From an uncultured Candidatus Rokubacteria bacterium (GTDB lineage: Bacteria > Methylomirabilota > Methylomirabilia > Rokubacteriales > CSP1-6): a stretch of DNA of 64,000 nt. Numbering within the stretch: the first letter of the stretch is position 1; each line of letters starts with the position of its first letter. The position numbers were made by a program, and so were the translations under genes. The notes under the pieces are model-generated. The model worked only from the letters and a program-made list of their open reading frames with translations. It did no database searches and was not told where the DNA came from. Shown here piece by piece: positions 17,643 through 30,530 of the stretch. The stretch spans positions 64,001-128,000 of the forward strand of contig CAWBMV010000034.1 in NCBI GenBank assembly GCA_963789955.1, given 5' to 3'.

Positions 17643-18090
17643 GCGCCACACGGGGACGGCGTCGTATCGCCGCGCTGATCGAGCTCCTCGGCCGCTTTCC
17701 GATCGCGATCGTTCAGTGTATGTTTCGTCTGGCGATCGCGGCGTCTTCCTGAGAGCCGGCCTGAACAAGATCGCCAGCTGGGAGCTGACGGTGCAGCTCT
17801 TCGCCGACGAGTACAAGGTGCCGGTCCTGGCGCCCGAGATTGCGGCTCGCATGGCGGCGACGTTCGAGATCGGCTGCTCGCTCCTCCTCATCGCCGGCCT
17901 GGCGACGCGGCTGGCGACGCTGCCGCTCCTCGGCATGATCATGACGATCCAGCTCTTCGTCTACCCGAGCGCCTACGCCGAGCATCTCACCTGGGCGTCG
18001 ATCCTGATCTTCCTGCTCACACAGGGAGCGGGCCCGTGGTCGCTCGATCGGCTGGTCGGGCTCGAGTCTGAAGAGACCGGGAGGGAATGA
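17636..18090 (+). CDS. bufD: DoxX family membrane protein (frameshifted near 17700-17740)
   Basis: FLRAGLNKI.SW..TVQLF.DEY.VP, GLATRLATLPLL, GAGPWSLD. Confidence 0.85.
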
Positions 18091-19942
18091 CGGTAGAGCC
18101 GGGACGTAATGTCGGCGCATCGGAAAAACTCACGGCGCCGGCGCTCCGTCCCTGGCAACGCCTCGGCGTCAAGCTCGCGTTGGCCTTTGCACTGCTGGCC
18201 CTGGTCACGGTCGGCCTGGTCGGCGCGCTGGTCTACGAGCGCCAGAAGCGCGAGGTCGAGGACACGGTCGGCACCCAGCTTCTCAACATCGCGAGGACCG
18301 CCGTCCTCCTCGTCGATCCGGCGGTTCACGCGGACGCCCAGGCGGCCATGTCGCGCGACTCGCCCGCGTACGCGCGCATCAAGAAGGCGCTGGTCGCGGT
18401 CGCAGACCGAGACGTTGCTCACCACTCCCATCAGGACCTTGACCGACTTCGATCCCGCGCGACGCTCGGCCAAGCTCGTCGTCGTGGGCGACGACTCGGC
18501 TTCGCCGGGCGAGATGGTGGCGGTCGCGCCGGAGATGATCGAGCCGCTCGGCTGGACGTTCGAGGACGGTGTGGCACGCTACACGCGTATCTACCGCAAC
18601 GCGAGCGGCGCGTGGATCACCGCGATCGCCCCGATCGTGGACAAGAAGGGCCGCACGACCGCCGTGCTCAGCATGGACTACCCGGTCGATCTCTACTTCG
18701 AGCGGCTGCGCGAGCTCCAGATCACGATCGTGCAGGCCTCGGTCGCCGGGGCCATCGCCGCACTGATCCTGGGTTTGCTCGTCGCTCGCCGCCTGACGCG
18801 CCCGATCAGCGCGCTCACCGACGGCGTCGCGCGCGTCGCCGCGGGCGATCTCGAGCCAGGAGCTTGCCGTGCGCTCACGCGACGAGATCGGTCAGCTGAC
18901 GCGCGCGTTCAACGAGATGGTCGGCGGGCTGCGGCAGCGCGATTTCATCCGGAACGCGTTCGGTCGGTACGTCTCGCCGGAAGTCGCGAAGACCTTGCTC
19001 GAGTCGCCGGAGGGGCTTCGGCTCGGCGGCCACAAGCGCGAGGTCACCGTGCTCATGTCCGACCTGCGCGGCTACACCCGGTTCGCGGAGCAGGGCGACC
19101 CGACGCGCGTCATGGAGGTGCTGAACGGCTACCTGGCGCGCATGGCTGATCTCGTCATCGCCCATGGGGGAACGATCAACGAGTTCATCGGCGACGCGAT
19201 CTTCGCGGTGTTCGGCGCGCCGCTGGACCAGCCCGATCACGCCGAGCGCGCGGCCGCCGCGGCGCTCGCGATGCAGGGCGCGATGGACGAGCTCAACCGC
19301 GGGCACGCGGCCCGTGGCTGGCCGCGCTTCGAGATGGGGATCGGCGTCAATACCGGCGAGGCGGTCGTCGGCAACATCGGCTCCGAGCAGCGCGCGAAAT
19401 ACGCCGTGGTCGGCGCCGCGGTGAACCTCGCGGCGCGGGTCGAGGGGTGCACCGTGGGCGGTCAGATCTTCGTGACCACCTCGACCCTCGAGCGCATCCG
19501 CGATCTCGCCGAGGTCGGCGAGCCGGTTCGCGTCGAGCTCAAGGGCATTGCCGAGCCGGTGCTGCTCTACGAGTTGCGGGCGATCGGCGGACGGTTCGCG
19601 CAGCGCCTCGCCGCCGCGGACATCGCCGGCGATCCGCTCGTCGACGCGCGGCTACCGCTCCAGGGCTGGATCGTCGAGGGCAAGCAGCTCGGCGGCGAGT
19701 TCTCGGGCACGGTGACCCGTCTCGGCCGCCGCTCGCTCGACGCGCTCCTCGCGGCCGATCTGGCGCCGCTCACGAACGTGAAGGTTCGCGTCAGCGCGCC
19801 CGACCTCGGCCAGGAGTCCGGCGATCTGTACGGCAAGGTCGTCGGCGTCACCGGAGAGTCCGCCACGCGCGTCACGAGCATCAGGCTGACGTCGGTGGAC
19901 CCGGCCGACCAGCAGCTTCTCGAGAAGCTCTGTTTGCCTTAG
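18087..19942 (+). CDS. Membrane adenylate/guanylate cyclase with periplasmic sensor, HAMP and C-terminal PilZ-like region (frameshifts near 18405 and 18860)
   Basis: TM helices, HAMP (LTRPISAL..DEIGQLTRAFNEM), VLMSDLRGYT, FIGDAIFAVFG, GAAVNLAARVE. Confidence 0.88.
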
Positions 19943-19975
19943 CGGTATCCTTGTTGGCGGGCGCGTGCCCGCACT

Positions 19976-20659
19976 ATGGCGACGACCAGCGATCCTCTCG
20001 CGACACTCGCGGCGCACGCCCTCGGCTTCGTCAGGGCCGGTGACGTCGTCGGCCTCGGCTCCGGCCGCGCGGCCGGCGCCTTTGTCCGCGCCCTGGCGGC
20101 GCGAGTGCGCGACGGTCTCAGGGTCCGGGGCGTGGCGACATCCGAGCAGACGGCGGGGCTCGCCCGCGAGCTCGGGATCGAGCTCGTCGGCCTCGAGGCC
20201 GAGATCGAGCTGACCGTCGACGGCGCCGACGAGGTCGACGGCCGGCTGGATCTCATCAAGGGCCACGGTGGAGCGCTGGTGCGGGAGCGGATCGTGGCCG
20301 CGGCGTCGCGGCGCCAGATCATCCTCGTCACATCGGAGAAGCTGGTCGAAACGCTCGGGACCCGCGGCGCGCTTCCGGTCGAGGTCATGCCGTTCGCGGT
20401 CCCCTTCTGCCGGCGACGCCTGGAGGATCTCGAGTTGAAGCCGACCTTGCGGATGCAGGACGAGCGCCCGTTCGTGACCGACAACTTCAACGTGATCTTC
20501 GACTGCGACACGGGTCCGATCGCCGATCCGGCCACGCTCGAGCAGAAGATCCGCGCCATCCCTGGTGTCATCGATACCGGGCTCTTCCTCGGCACCGCCC
20601 ACCTGGTCGTCGTCGCCGACGGCGACTCGATTCGTGAGCTCGTCAGGCGAGCACCGTGA
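19976..20659 (+). CDS. rpiA: Ribose-5-phosphate isomerase A
   Basis: VGLGSG, VDGADEVD..LIKGHGGALVRE, TDNFN. Confidence 0.95.
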   Translation: MATTSDPLATLAAHALGFVRAGDVVGLGSGRAAGAFVRALAARVRDGLRVRGVATSEQTAGLARELGIELVGLEAEIELTVDGADEVDGRLDLIKGHGGALVRERIVAAASRRQIILVTSEKLVETLGTRGALPVEVMPFAVPFCRRRLEDLELKPTLRMQDERPFVTDNFNVIFDCDTGPIADPATLEQKIRAIPGVIDTGLFLGTAHLVVVADGDSIRELVRRAP

Positions 20660-20913
20660 CCGCCGACACGTCGTTCAAGCTCCCCGGCGCCCTCGACACG
20701 GCCGTGCGCGCCGAGGTCGAAGCGTAGCGCGCCGGCGACAAGGTGCGACGGCTCTGGGCGCGGGACGCCAGCCTGTGGACGGGAGCGGACGAGGCTGCCT
20801 GGCTGGTCCAGGTGCTCCGCGAGCGTGGACGCCGTGTGCTCCGCGTGCATCTCGGGAGCGACGTGAAAGCCGGCCTGGCGCTGCTGCGCCGGGCCGTCGA
20901 GGCAAGTAGATAG
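20656..20913 (+). pseudogene. pgi: Internally deleted relic of glucose-6-phosphate isomerase (Tal/Pgi-type Pgi domain)
   Basis: N-terminal KVRRLWARDASLWTGADEAAWL joined directly to C-terminal QVLRERGRRVLRVHLG; in-frame TAG at 20725-20727. Confidence 0.7.
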
Positions 20914-20922
20914 GAGGACCGC

Positions 20923-21903
20923 ATGCAGCTCGGGATAGTGGGGCTCGGCCGGATGGGCGGGAACATGGCGCGTCGCCTGATGAAGGGCGGCCACGAGATC
21001 GTCGGCTACGCCGCGGACCCGGCCGGGGTCAAGGAGATCGGGCGCGAGGGCGGAACCGGCACGACCACGCTCGACGATTTCGTGCGCGCGCTCCGGCCGC
21101 CGCGCGTCGCATGGGTGATGGTGCCGGCCGGCGCCGCCACCGAGCAAGTCGTGACGGATCTCGCCAAGCGCATGGCGCCGGGCGACACGATCGTCGACGG
21201 CGGCAACTCGTTCTACAAGGACGACGTGCGGCGGATGAAGATGCTGCGACCGCAGCAGATCCACTACGTCGACGTCGGGACGAGCGGCGGCGTCTGGGGG
21301 CTCGAGCGCGGTTACTGCTTGATGATCGGCGGTGAGCGCGACGTCGTCGAGCGTCTGGCGCCGATCTTCAAGACGCTCTCGCCCGGGACCGGCAGCATTC
21401 CGCGTACTCCCGGGCGCGAGACGATGAGCGGCTCGGCCGAGCAGGGTTATCTCTACTGCGGCCCGTCGGGCGCCGGCCACTTCGTGAAGATGATCCACAA
21501 CGGCATCGAGTACGGCCTGATGCAGGCGTACGCCGAAGGGCTCGACATTCTAAAGAATGCGAGTGCGAAGACGCTCGATCCCGATCTGCGGTACGACCTG
21601 AACATCGCGGACGTCACCGAGGTCTGGCGCCGCGGCTCCGTCGTGAGCTCCTGGCTCCTGGACCTGACCGCGCAGGCGCTCGCCGAGAACCCGACCCTGT
21701 CGAACTACGAGGGTGTGGTCGCCGACTCGGGCGAGGGCCGGTGGACCGTGATGGCCGCGGTCGAGGAGGGTGTGCCGGCCGACGTGCTCTCGGCGTCGCT
21801 CTACGCGCGATTCCGCTCGCGTCAGGATCACACCTTCGCCGAAAAGGTGCTCTCGGCCATGCGGCAGAAGTTCGGCGGCCACGTCGAGCAAAAGTCCGGG
21901 TGA
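20923..21903 (+). CDS. gnd: 6-phosphogluconate dehydrogenase, decarboxylating (short type)
   Basis: [40 protein letters not shown]. Confidence 0.96.
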   Translation: MQLGIVGLGRMGGNMARRLMKGGHEIVGYAADPAGVKEIGREGGTGTTTLDDFVRALRPPRVAWVMVPAGAATEQVVTDLAKRMAPGDTIVDGGNSFYKDDVRRMKMLRPQQIHYVDVGTSGGVWGLERGYCLMIGGERDVVERLAPIFKTLSPGTGSIPRTPGRETMSGSAEQGYLYCGPSGAGHFVKMIHNGIEYGLMQAYAEGLDILKNASAKTLDPDLRYDLNIADVTEVWRRGSVVSSWLLDLTAQALAENPTLSNYEGVVADSGEGRWTVMAAVEEGVPADVLSASLYARFRSRQDHTFAEKVLSAMRQKFGGHVEQKSG

Positions 21904-22919
21904 TTCTCGCCGGCGACGTCGGCGGCACGAAGACGGCGCTGGCGCTCTTCGACGTACGGCGGCGCGGGCTGGCGGTCGTTCGCGAAGGCGTCTTGCCGAG
22001 CCAGGGCTACGCCGCCCTCCAGGACGCGATCCGGCAGTTCCTCCTCGAAGGCCCGCGGGCCTCGATCGACGCGGCGTGCGTTGGCGTCGCCGGCCCGGTG
22101 ATCGACGGGCGCTGCGCGGCGACGAACCTGCCGTGGGTGGTCGACGAAGCCTCGCTGGCGGCATGCGTGTCGACGACTCGAGTCAAGCTCATCAACGATC
22201 TCGAGGCGGCCGGACACGGCGTGCTCGGACTCAAGCGCACGTCGCTGGCGACGCTCCAGGCCGGCCAGCCGCGCAAGGGCACGATGGCGCTGATCGCGGC
22301 CGGCACGGGGCTGGGTGAAGTTCTCCTCGTCTGGGACGGCCGGCGCCACCATGTGGTCAGCTCGGAAGGCGGCCACGCCGACTTCGCGCCGCGCACCGAC
22401 CTCGAGATCGACCTCTTCCGGTTTCTGCGCAAAGAGTTCGGGCGGGTCAGCTACGAGCGCGTCGTCTCCGGGCCCGGGCTCTACAACATCTATCGGTTCC
22501 TGCTCTCCATCGGCGGGGCCCCGGAGGCCGACTGGCTCCACTCGCGCATGGAGACCGGCGATCCGAGCGCGGTGATCGCCGAGGCGGCGCTCGACCATCG
22601 CGACCCCCGAGCCGTCCAGGCGCTCGACATGTTCGTGTCGATCTACGGCGCCGAGGCCGGCAATCTCGCCCTCAAGGCGCTCGCCGTCGAAGGCGTTCTG
22701 ATCGGCGGGGGGATCGCGCCGAAGATCCGGCCCAAGCTCGAAGACGGCACGTTCATGAGCGCCTTCCGCGACAAGGGAAGGCTCAGCGAGATGATGGCCG
22801 CGATCCCCGTGCACCTGGTGCTCGAGCCCCGCGCGGCCCTCCTCGGGGCGGCGGCCGTGGCCAGATCGCTCCTGTCCGGTCCGGCCCCGAGGCCCCGTGC
22901 CGGGCGGCGCACCTCCTAG
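21900..22919 (+). CDS. glk: Glucokinase
   Basis: [42 protein letters not shown]. Confidence 0.95.
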   Translation: MILAGDVGGTKTALALFDVRRRGLAVVREGVLPSQGYAALQDAIRQFLLEGPRASIDAACVGVAGPVIDGRCAATNLPWVVDEASLAACVSTTRVKLINDLEAAGHGVLGLKRTSLATLQAGQPRKGTMALIAAGTGLGEVLLVWDGRRHHVVSSEGGHADFAPRTDLEIDLFRFLRKEFGRVSYERVVSGPGLYNIYRFLLSIGGAPEADWLHSRMETGDPSAVIAEAALDHRDPRAVQALDMFVSIYGAEAGNLALKALAVEGVLIGGGIAPKIRPKLEDGTFMSAFRDKGRLSEMMAAIPVHLVLEPRAALLGAAAVARSLLSGPAPRPRAGRRTS

Positions 22920-22977
22920 CCCCCGGCGCTCCTGCCGGGCTCGACGGCGTGTCCAGGCCTTGAGCACACGGAAAACC

Positions 22978-25620
<2,643 letters not shown>

Positions 25621-25808
25621 GCGACTCCGGATCTCACGGTAATATCTCCGGGACGGGCCTGCCGTGTCGCTCCCGGGGCGACGGGTGAAGCGTGGGGCCG
25701 CGGCCAGCGCCACAAGGCGGGGATTTCGGCCTCCGCGCCGGCTCCACGGATAGCCGCCGGTGTAACGCCCGGCCGGCAGGCCGAATTCGACCGGGGCGAG
25801 AGGCTCTC

Positions 25809-26426
25809 ATGACCCGACGCGTGGAGACGGCGCTCGTCGTCGGCGCCCCGCTGTTGCTCGCGATCCTCGAGATCTTCCATCCGCACCCTCACGACCTCTT
25901 CCGGCTCGATTTGAGCGCGTGGATGGCCGTGCACTATCTGCAGCTCTTGTTGTTCCCGCTGTCGGCGCTGGCCCTGATGCGGCTCGTCAGCGGCCGGCGA
26001 GGATTCGCGGCGGGCCTGTGCCGCGGCGCCGCGTTCGTCTTTGGCGTGACGTGGATTGCGTTCGACAGCGTCGCCGGCGTCGCGACCGGGATCTTGCTCC
26101 AGGCCGCCCAGGCCAGCGGCTCACCGGAGGCCTGGCGCGCCCCGGTGACGGCCATCTGGGCTCACCCGACCGTCGGCGGGGGCGCGACGCCGGATTCGGC
26201 GCCCCCGCTGCTGGCGGTCGCCGGGTCCCTGGCATGGGGGATCGGATGTCTGGCGGCGGCCTACACGCTTCGCCGCGCCGGCAGCTCGTGGATACCGGTC
26301 GGTCTGCTGGTGATCTCCTCGATGAGCTTCACCGTGTTCAAGACTCACGCGCCGCCCGGCGGTCCGATCGCGTTCGGCGCGCTCGCCGCCGCGGCCGCCT
26401 GGGTCCGCTGGAAGTCGCCCGACTAG
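25809..26426 (+). CDS. Hypothetical multi-pass membrane protein
   Basis: GAGAGG RBS; about six hydrophobic segments, several His. Confidence 0.7.
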   Translation: MTRRVETALVVGAPLLLAILEIFHPHPHDLFRLDLSAWMAVHYLQLLLFPLSALALMRLVSGRRGFAAGLCRGAAFVFGVTWIAFDSVAGVATGILLQAAQASGSPEAWRAPVTAIWAHPTVGGGATPDSAPPLLAVAGSLAWGIGCLAAAYTLRRAGSSWIPVGLLVISSMSFTVFKTHAPPGGPIAFGALAAAAAWVRWKSPD

Positions 26427-26435
26427 ATTTTCGCG

Positions 26436-27443
26436 TCAGACCTTGCCGTCGAGCGCGCGCTTGAGCTGATCGAGATGGTTGTCGTCGTGCCACGCCATCA
26501 ACGTGACGAAGTCGTTGATGGTGATCGGGCCGCGCGTGGCGTGGATGCCGGCGCGCTTCCATTGCTCTTGTGTGAGCGTGCGGAGCAGGGCGAGCGCCTC
26601 GTCGCGCCGTGCGCGGAACGCGGCCAGCGCGAGCTGCGCGTCGTTCCGGAGATACTGCCGCTCCTCGGCCCAGCGATCCGGTATGGTGGGATCGAACGCG
26701 AGCTTCGGATTGTCCATCGCCAGGATCATCCCGAACCGGCCGGTGAACATCTCCTCGACGTCGCGCAGGTGACAGATCGCTTCCTTCGCCGCCCAGTTCT
26801 TGCCGTCCGGCCGGCGCGACAGGATCGCGTCGTCGCGGCCGCGGATCGCCGCGGCGAGCTCGTCGGCGGTGCGGGCGAGTCGCCGCATCCGTTCGTCGGC
26901 CGGTAGCTTCGCGTATTCCTCCATCGTCGGCATCGTGACTCTCCCCCTGGTCTCGGGCACCAGCTGATGGAACAGGCTCGACTCGCGCTTGTAGAACCCC
27001 TGCGTATGATACGACTCCGGCAATCGCAGCCCGGTGTAGTCCACGTGATGCCCGACCTCGTGCAGCAAGGTCCGCAGATAGGATCGGAACGCGACGACGC
27101 GCTTCTTCTTGGCCGTGCGCATCCACAGCTGGATCTTCGGCTTGCGGCCCCGCTCCAAGGTGTAGAGGCCGTGGAGCTCGCCCCAGCGCGAGTGAGGACG
27201 CGCCGCGAGGACCTCGACGCGCACGTCCGGCAGCCCCATCGCCTCGGTGAGACCGGCGACCAGCTCGTGGCTCGCCCGCTCCGTCGCCGCCCGCTCCTCG
27301 GTGTTGAGCGCGGCTTCGAGCGCCGCGACGCGCGGATGGAGTGAGGTCGGGTCTTCGAGGCGGATCTCGATGAGGGCGTCGCTCTTGCGGTAGACGGCCT
27401 GCTGCGAGCGCGTGAGCCGTCCGTAGTAGGCGAACGGCGCCAC
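26436..27443 (-). CDS. HExxH metallopeptidase-like domain fused to DinB family domain
   Basis: TLLHEVGHHVD..HTQGF, then W..KE.ICHLRDVE..WHDDNHLDQL; single open frame. Confidence 0.75.
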   Translation of the reverse strand: MAPFAYYGRLTRSQQAVYRKSDALIEIRLEDPTSLHPRVAALEAALNTEERAATERASHELVAGLTEAMGLPDVRVEVLAARPHSRWGELHGLYTLERGRKPKIQLWMRTAKKKRVVAFRSYLRTLLHEVGHHVDYTGLRLPESYHTQGFYKRESSLFHQLVPETRGRVTMPTMEEYAKLPADERMRRLARTADELAAAIRGRDDAILSRRPDGKNWAAKEAICHLRDVEEMFTGRFGMILAMDNPKLAFDPTIPDRWAEERQYLRNDAQLALAAFRARRDEALALLRTLTQEQWKRAGIHATRGPITINDFVTLMAWHDDNHLDQLKRALDGKV

Positions 27444-28225
27444 TACTGGCCGGTGAAGCGGGGCTTTCTCTTTTCGAGAAACGCCTTCGCGCCCTCGATG
27501 CGGTCCTCGGTCGTCCTGAGGAGCGTCGCCAGATCGTTCTCGAGTCGAAGGCCGTCCTCGAGGGGCAGGCCGAGGCCCTTCACGACCGCTTCCTTGGCGT
27601 AGCGGAGCGCCACCGGCGCCTTCTCGGCGAGCGTCCGCGCCAGCGCCTGCGCGGCCGAATGCGCCTCGCCCGCCGGGACCACGCGCTCGACGAGCCCGAT
27701 CCGGAGCGCCTCGCGCGCGTCGATGCGCGCGCCGGTCAGGATCATCTCGAGCGCCTTGCCGCGGCCCACGAGCCGCGGTAACCGCTGCGTGCCGCCGCCG
27801 CCCGGGATGATCGCGAGGTTCACCTCGGTGAGCCCGAGCTGGGAGTCCTCGCTGGCGATCCGGATGTCGCACGCGAGCGCCAGCTCGAGGCCGCCCCCCA
27901 GCGCGAACCCGCGAATCGCGGCGATGATCGGCTGGCCGCAGCGATCCATCGCGGCGCGGAAGTCGACGCGCCGCCGGGCGTCCCTGAACTTGACGGGCAC
28001 CTGCGGCGCGACGAACTCGCGGATGTCGGCGCCCGCCGAAAACGCCCGGTCGCCCGCGCCGGTGACCACGACGACGCGCGCGTCACCGCCCTGCGCGATC
28101 TCGCCGAAGCAGGCGGTGAGCTCCTCGCGCATGCGCTCGTTCATCGCGTTGTGCACGTTGGGCCGGTTGAGCGTGATCGTCGCGATGCCGTCGGTCAGCT
28201 CGTAGCGAATCGCCTCGTAGGTCAC
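27443..28225 (-). CDS. Enoyl-CoA hydratase/isomerase
   Basis: ITLNRP, FSAGADI, ALGGGLELALACD, PGGGGTQRLPR. Confidence 0.93.
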   Translation of the reverse strand: MTYEAIRYELTDGIATITLNRPNVHNAMNERMREELTACFGEIAQGGDARVVVVTGAGDRAFSAGADIREFVAPQVPVKFRDARRRVDFRAAMDRCGQPIIAAIRGFALGGGLELALACDIRIASEDSQLGLTEVNLAIIPGGGGTQRLPRLVGRGKALEMILTGARIDAREALRIGLVERVVPAGEAHSAAQALARTLAEKAPVALRYAKEAVVKGLGLPLEDGLRLENDLATLLRTTEDRIEGAKAFLEKRKPRFTGQ

Positions 28226-29388
28226 TTGGCGCCTCCCGCCCGGCGGCACACGCCGCGCGCGGCGAGCCCGGCGATCTCGTCGTCGGTGTAGCCGAGCTCG
28301 TGGAGCACGGCGTCGGTGTGCTGGCCCAAGGTCGGCGCCGGGCCGGGATCTTGCGTGGGCGTCCCTCGAAAGGCGATCGGCTGTCCCATCATGCGCAGGC
28401 GCCCGACCTCGGGATGCTCGTACTCGCGGACCATGTCGTGGTGACGCACCGCCGGGTGATCGAGGAAGTCCAGCACGGTCTGGACCGGCGCCGCCGGGAT
28501 GTCGTGCTTGCCGAGCAGCTCGAGCCAGTACTCGCGCGGCTTCGACTTGAACTTGGCCTCGATCAGCGGCAAGAGCGCCTGGTTGTTCTCGAGCCGCGCG
28601 ATCCACGAGGCGAAGCGCGGATCGTCGGCCAGATGGTCGAGCTCGAGCGCCTTGCAGAGCTTCACCCAGAACGCCTGGTTGCCGACCGCGAGGAAGAACC
28701 AGGCGTCGTCGCCCGCCTGATAGAGGCGATAGGTCGGGTTGTCGCGGATCAACGTGGGCTTGCTCGGATAGTCGATGGCCACGCCCGCCTGGAGCGCCAG
28801 CACCCCGCGCAGCAGCGAGGTCTCCACGCGCTGGCCCCGCCCCGTCCGCTCGCGCGCGAAGAGCGCCGACAGGATGCCCTGGGTCGCCAGCGCCGCCGTG
28901 TAGTAGTCGGCCGGAGCGGTCCGCAGATAGACCGGCGGACCGCCGAAGCCCTGCAAGGTCATCAGGCCGCCCAGCGCCTGAAAGACCGGATCGAAGCCGG
29001 GCCGGTCGGAGTCGGGTCCGCTGGAGCCGAACGCCGTGACCGAGGAATAGATGAGCCGCGGATTGATCACGCTCAGCCGGTCGTAGCCGACCCCCAGACG
29101 CTCGGCGACACCGGGCCGCATGTTCTCCATGACGACGTCGGAGCGCTCGGCGAGCTGGTGGACGATCTGGCGGCCTTCGGGTGTCTTGAGGTTGACGGCG
29201 AGCGAGCGTTTGCCGCGATTCCAGCCGAAGAAGCCGGGCAGCTCGCGGAACGAATCGCCCTCGAGCGCCTCGACCTTGATGACCGCCGCCCCGAGGTCGG
29301 CCAGCTGCATCGCGGCGTAGGAGCCGGCGATGTAGCTGGTCAGGTCGACGATCTTGACACCGTCGAGCGGCGGCGGGGGCGTGGACAC
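28222..29388 (-). CDS. CaiB/BaiF family III CoA-transferase
   Basis: LADLGAAVIKVE, NRGKRS, ENMRPG, APTLGQHT. Confidence 0.93.
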   Translation of the reverse strand: MSTPPPPLDGVKIVDLTSYIAGSYAAMQLADLGAAVIKVEALEGDSFRELPGFFGWNRGKRSLAVNLKTPEGRQIVHQLAERSDVVMENMRPGVAERLGVGYDRLSVINPRLIYSSVTAFGSSGPDSDRPGFDPVFQALGGLMTLQGFGGPPVYLRTAPADYYTAALATQGILSALFARERTGRGQRVETSLLRGVLALQAGVAIDYPSKPTLIRDNPTYRLYQAGDDAWFFLAVGNQAFWVKLCKALELDHLADDPRFASWIARLENNQALLPLIEAKFKSKPREYWLELLGKHDIPAAPVQTVLDFLDHPAVRHHDMVREYEHPEVGRLRMMGQPIAFRGTPTQDPGPAPTLGQHTDAVLHELGYTDDEIAGLAARGVCRRAGGAK

Positions 29389-29407
29389 TGGACGGTTCTC
29401 GCCCCGG

Positions 29408-30526
29408 CTACCTCGCGGCGCGCCGGACGATCTGCTCGCGGTGGTAGTCGACGTCGCCGTACATCGCTTCGAGCGCCTTGGCGCGCTTGAAGTAGATGTG
29501 CAGGTCGTACTCCCAGGTGAAGCCGATGCCGCCGTGCACCTGGATCGCCTCGCCGCAGACCTTGCGCGACGCGTCGGCGACGTAGGCCTTCGCGACGGAC
29601 GCCGCGAGCTCGTGATCTTCCGCCTTCGCGTCGAGCGCCCAGGCCGCGTAGTACACGGCCGAGTAGGAGTTCTCGACCTCGAGGAGCATCTCGGAGCACT
29701 TGTGGCGGATCGCCTGGAAGGAGCCGATCGGCTGGCCGAACTGCTCGCGCACCTTGGCGTAGCCGACCGCCATGTCCAGGCACCGGCGCGCGGCGCCCAG
29801 CATCTCCGCCGCCGCGCCGACCGCGCCGCGACGCAGCAGGCCGCTCAGGAGCGACGCGGCCTGACCGGGAGCGCCGAGCACGGCGTCGCCGGCCACCGGC
29901 ACCTTGTCCAGCTCGAGATGAACCCAGCGCGTCGCCAGATCCATGCCCTGCACCGGCGAGAGCTTGAGCCCGGCCGCCGACGGATCGACGAGGAACAGCG
30001 ACGGGCCTTCGGGAGCGCGCGCCGGGATCAGCAGCACGTTGGCCACGTGGGCCCACGGCACGAAGCGCTTCGTCCCGGACAGGGTCCAGCCCTTCGACGA
30101 CTTCTCGGCCCGCGTCGTCACCGCCGCCGGATCCCAGTCGAGATCGCTGTCGAGGAACGCCAGGGTCGCGCGCGCGTCGCCGGTGGCGATCGCCGAGAGC
30201 CAGCGCTTCTTCTGCGCGTCGGTGCCGGCGGCCTCGACGGCGGCGGCCGCCAGGACGGTCGGGAAGTACGGGCCGGGATAGGCAGCGCGGCCGAGCTCCT
30301 CGAGCAGGATCGCGGTCTCGACCATGCCGAGCCCGCTGCCGCCGTACGCCTCGGGCAGGGAGAGCCCGAGCCAGCCGAGCTGGGCCATCTCCTTCCACAT
30401 CGACTCGCTCTCGCCGCGCGGATCGTCCCACAGCAGGCGAACGGTCGCCGGCTTGCAGTGCTCGTCGAGGAACGCACGCGCCGAGTTCTTCAGAAGCTGC
30501 TGGTCGGAGCTGAATGAGAAGTCCAT
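29408..30526 (-). CDS. Acyl-CoA dehydrogenase (short partner subunit)
   Basis: REQFGQPIGSFQAIRH, IQVHGGIGFTWE. Confidence 0.93.
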   Translation of the reverse strand: MDFSFSSDQQLLKNSARAFLDEHCKPATVRLLWDDPRGESESMWKEMAQLGWLGLSLPEAYGGSGLGMVETAILLEELGRAAYPGPYFPTVLAAAAVEAAGTDAQKKRWLSAIATGDARATLAFLDSDLDWDPAAVTTRAEKSSKGWTLSGTKRFVPWAHVANVLLIPARAPEGPSLFLVDPSAAGLKLSPVQGMDLATRWVHLELDKVPVAGDAVLGAPGQAASLLSGLLRRGAVGAAAEMLGAARRCLDMAVGYAKVREQFGQPIGSFQAIRHKCSEMLLEVENSYSAVYYAAWALDAKAEDHELAASVAKAYVADASRKVCGEAIQVHGGIGFTWEYDLHIYFKRAKALEAMYGDVDYHREQIVRRAAR

Positions 30527-30530
30527 GGCG

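Noticed and set aside
20725..20727. In-frame TAG as pyrrolysine
   Set aside because: Lies in a deleted pgi relic at a likely Trp codon; no pyl genes seen
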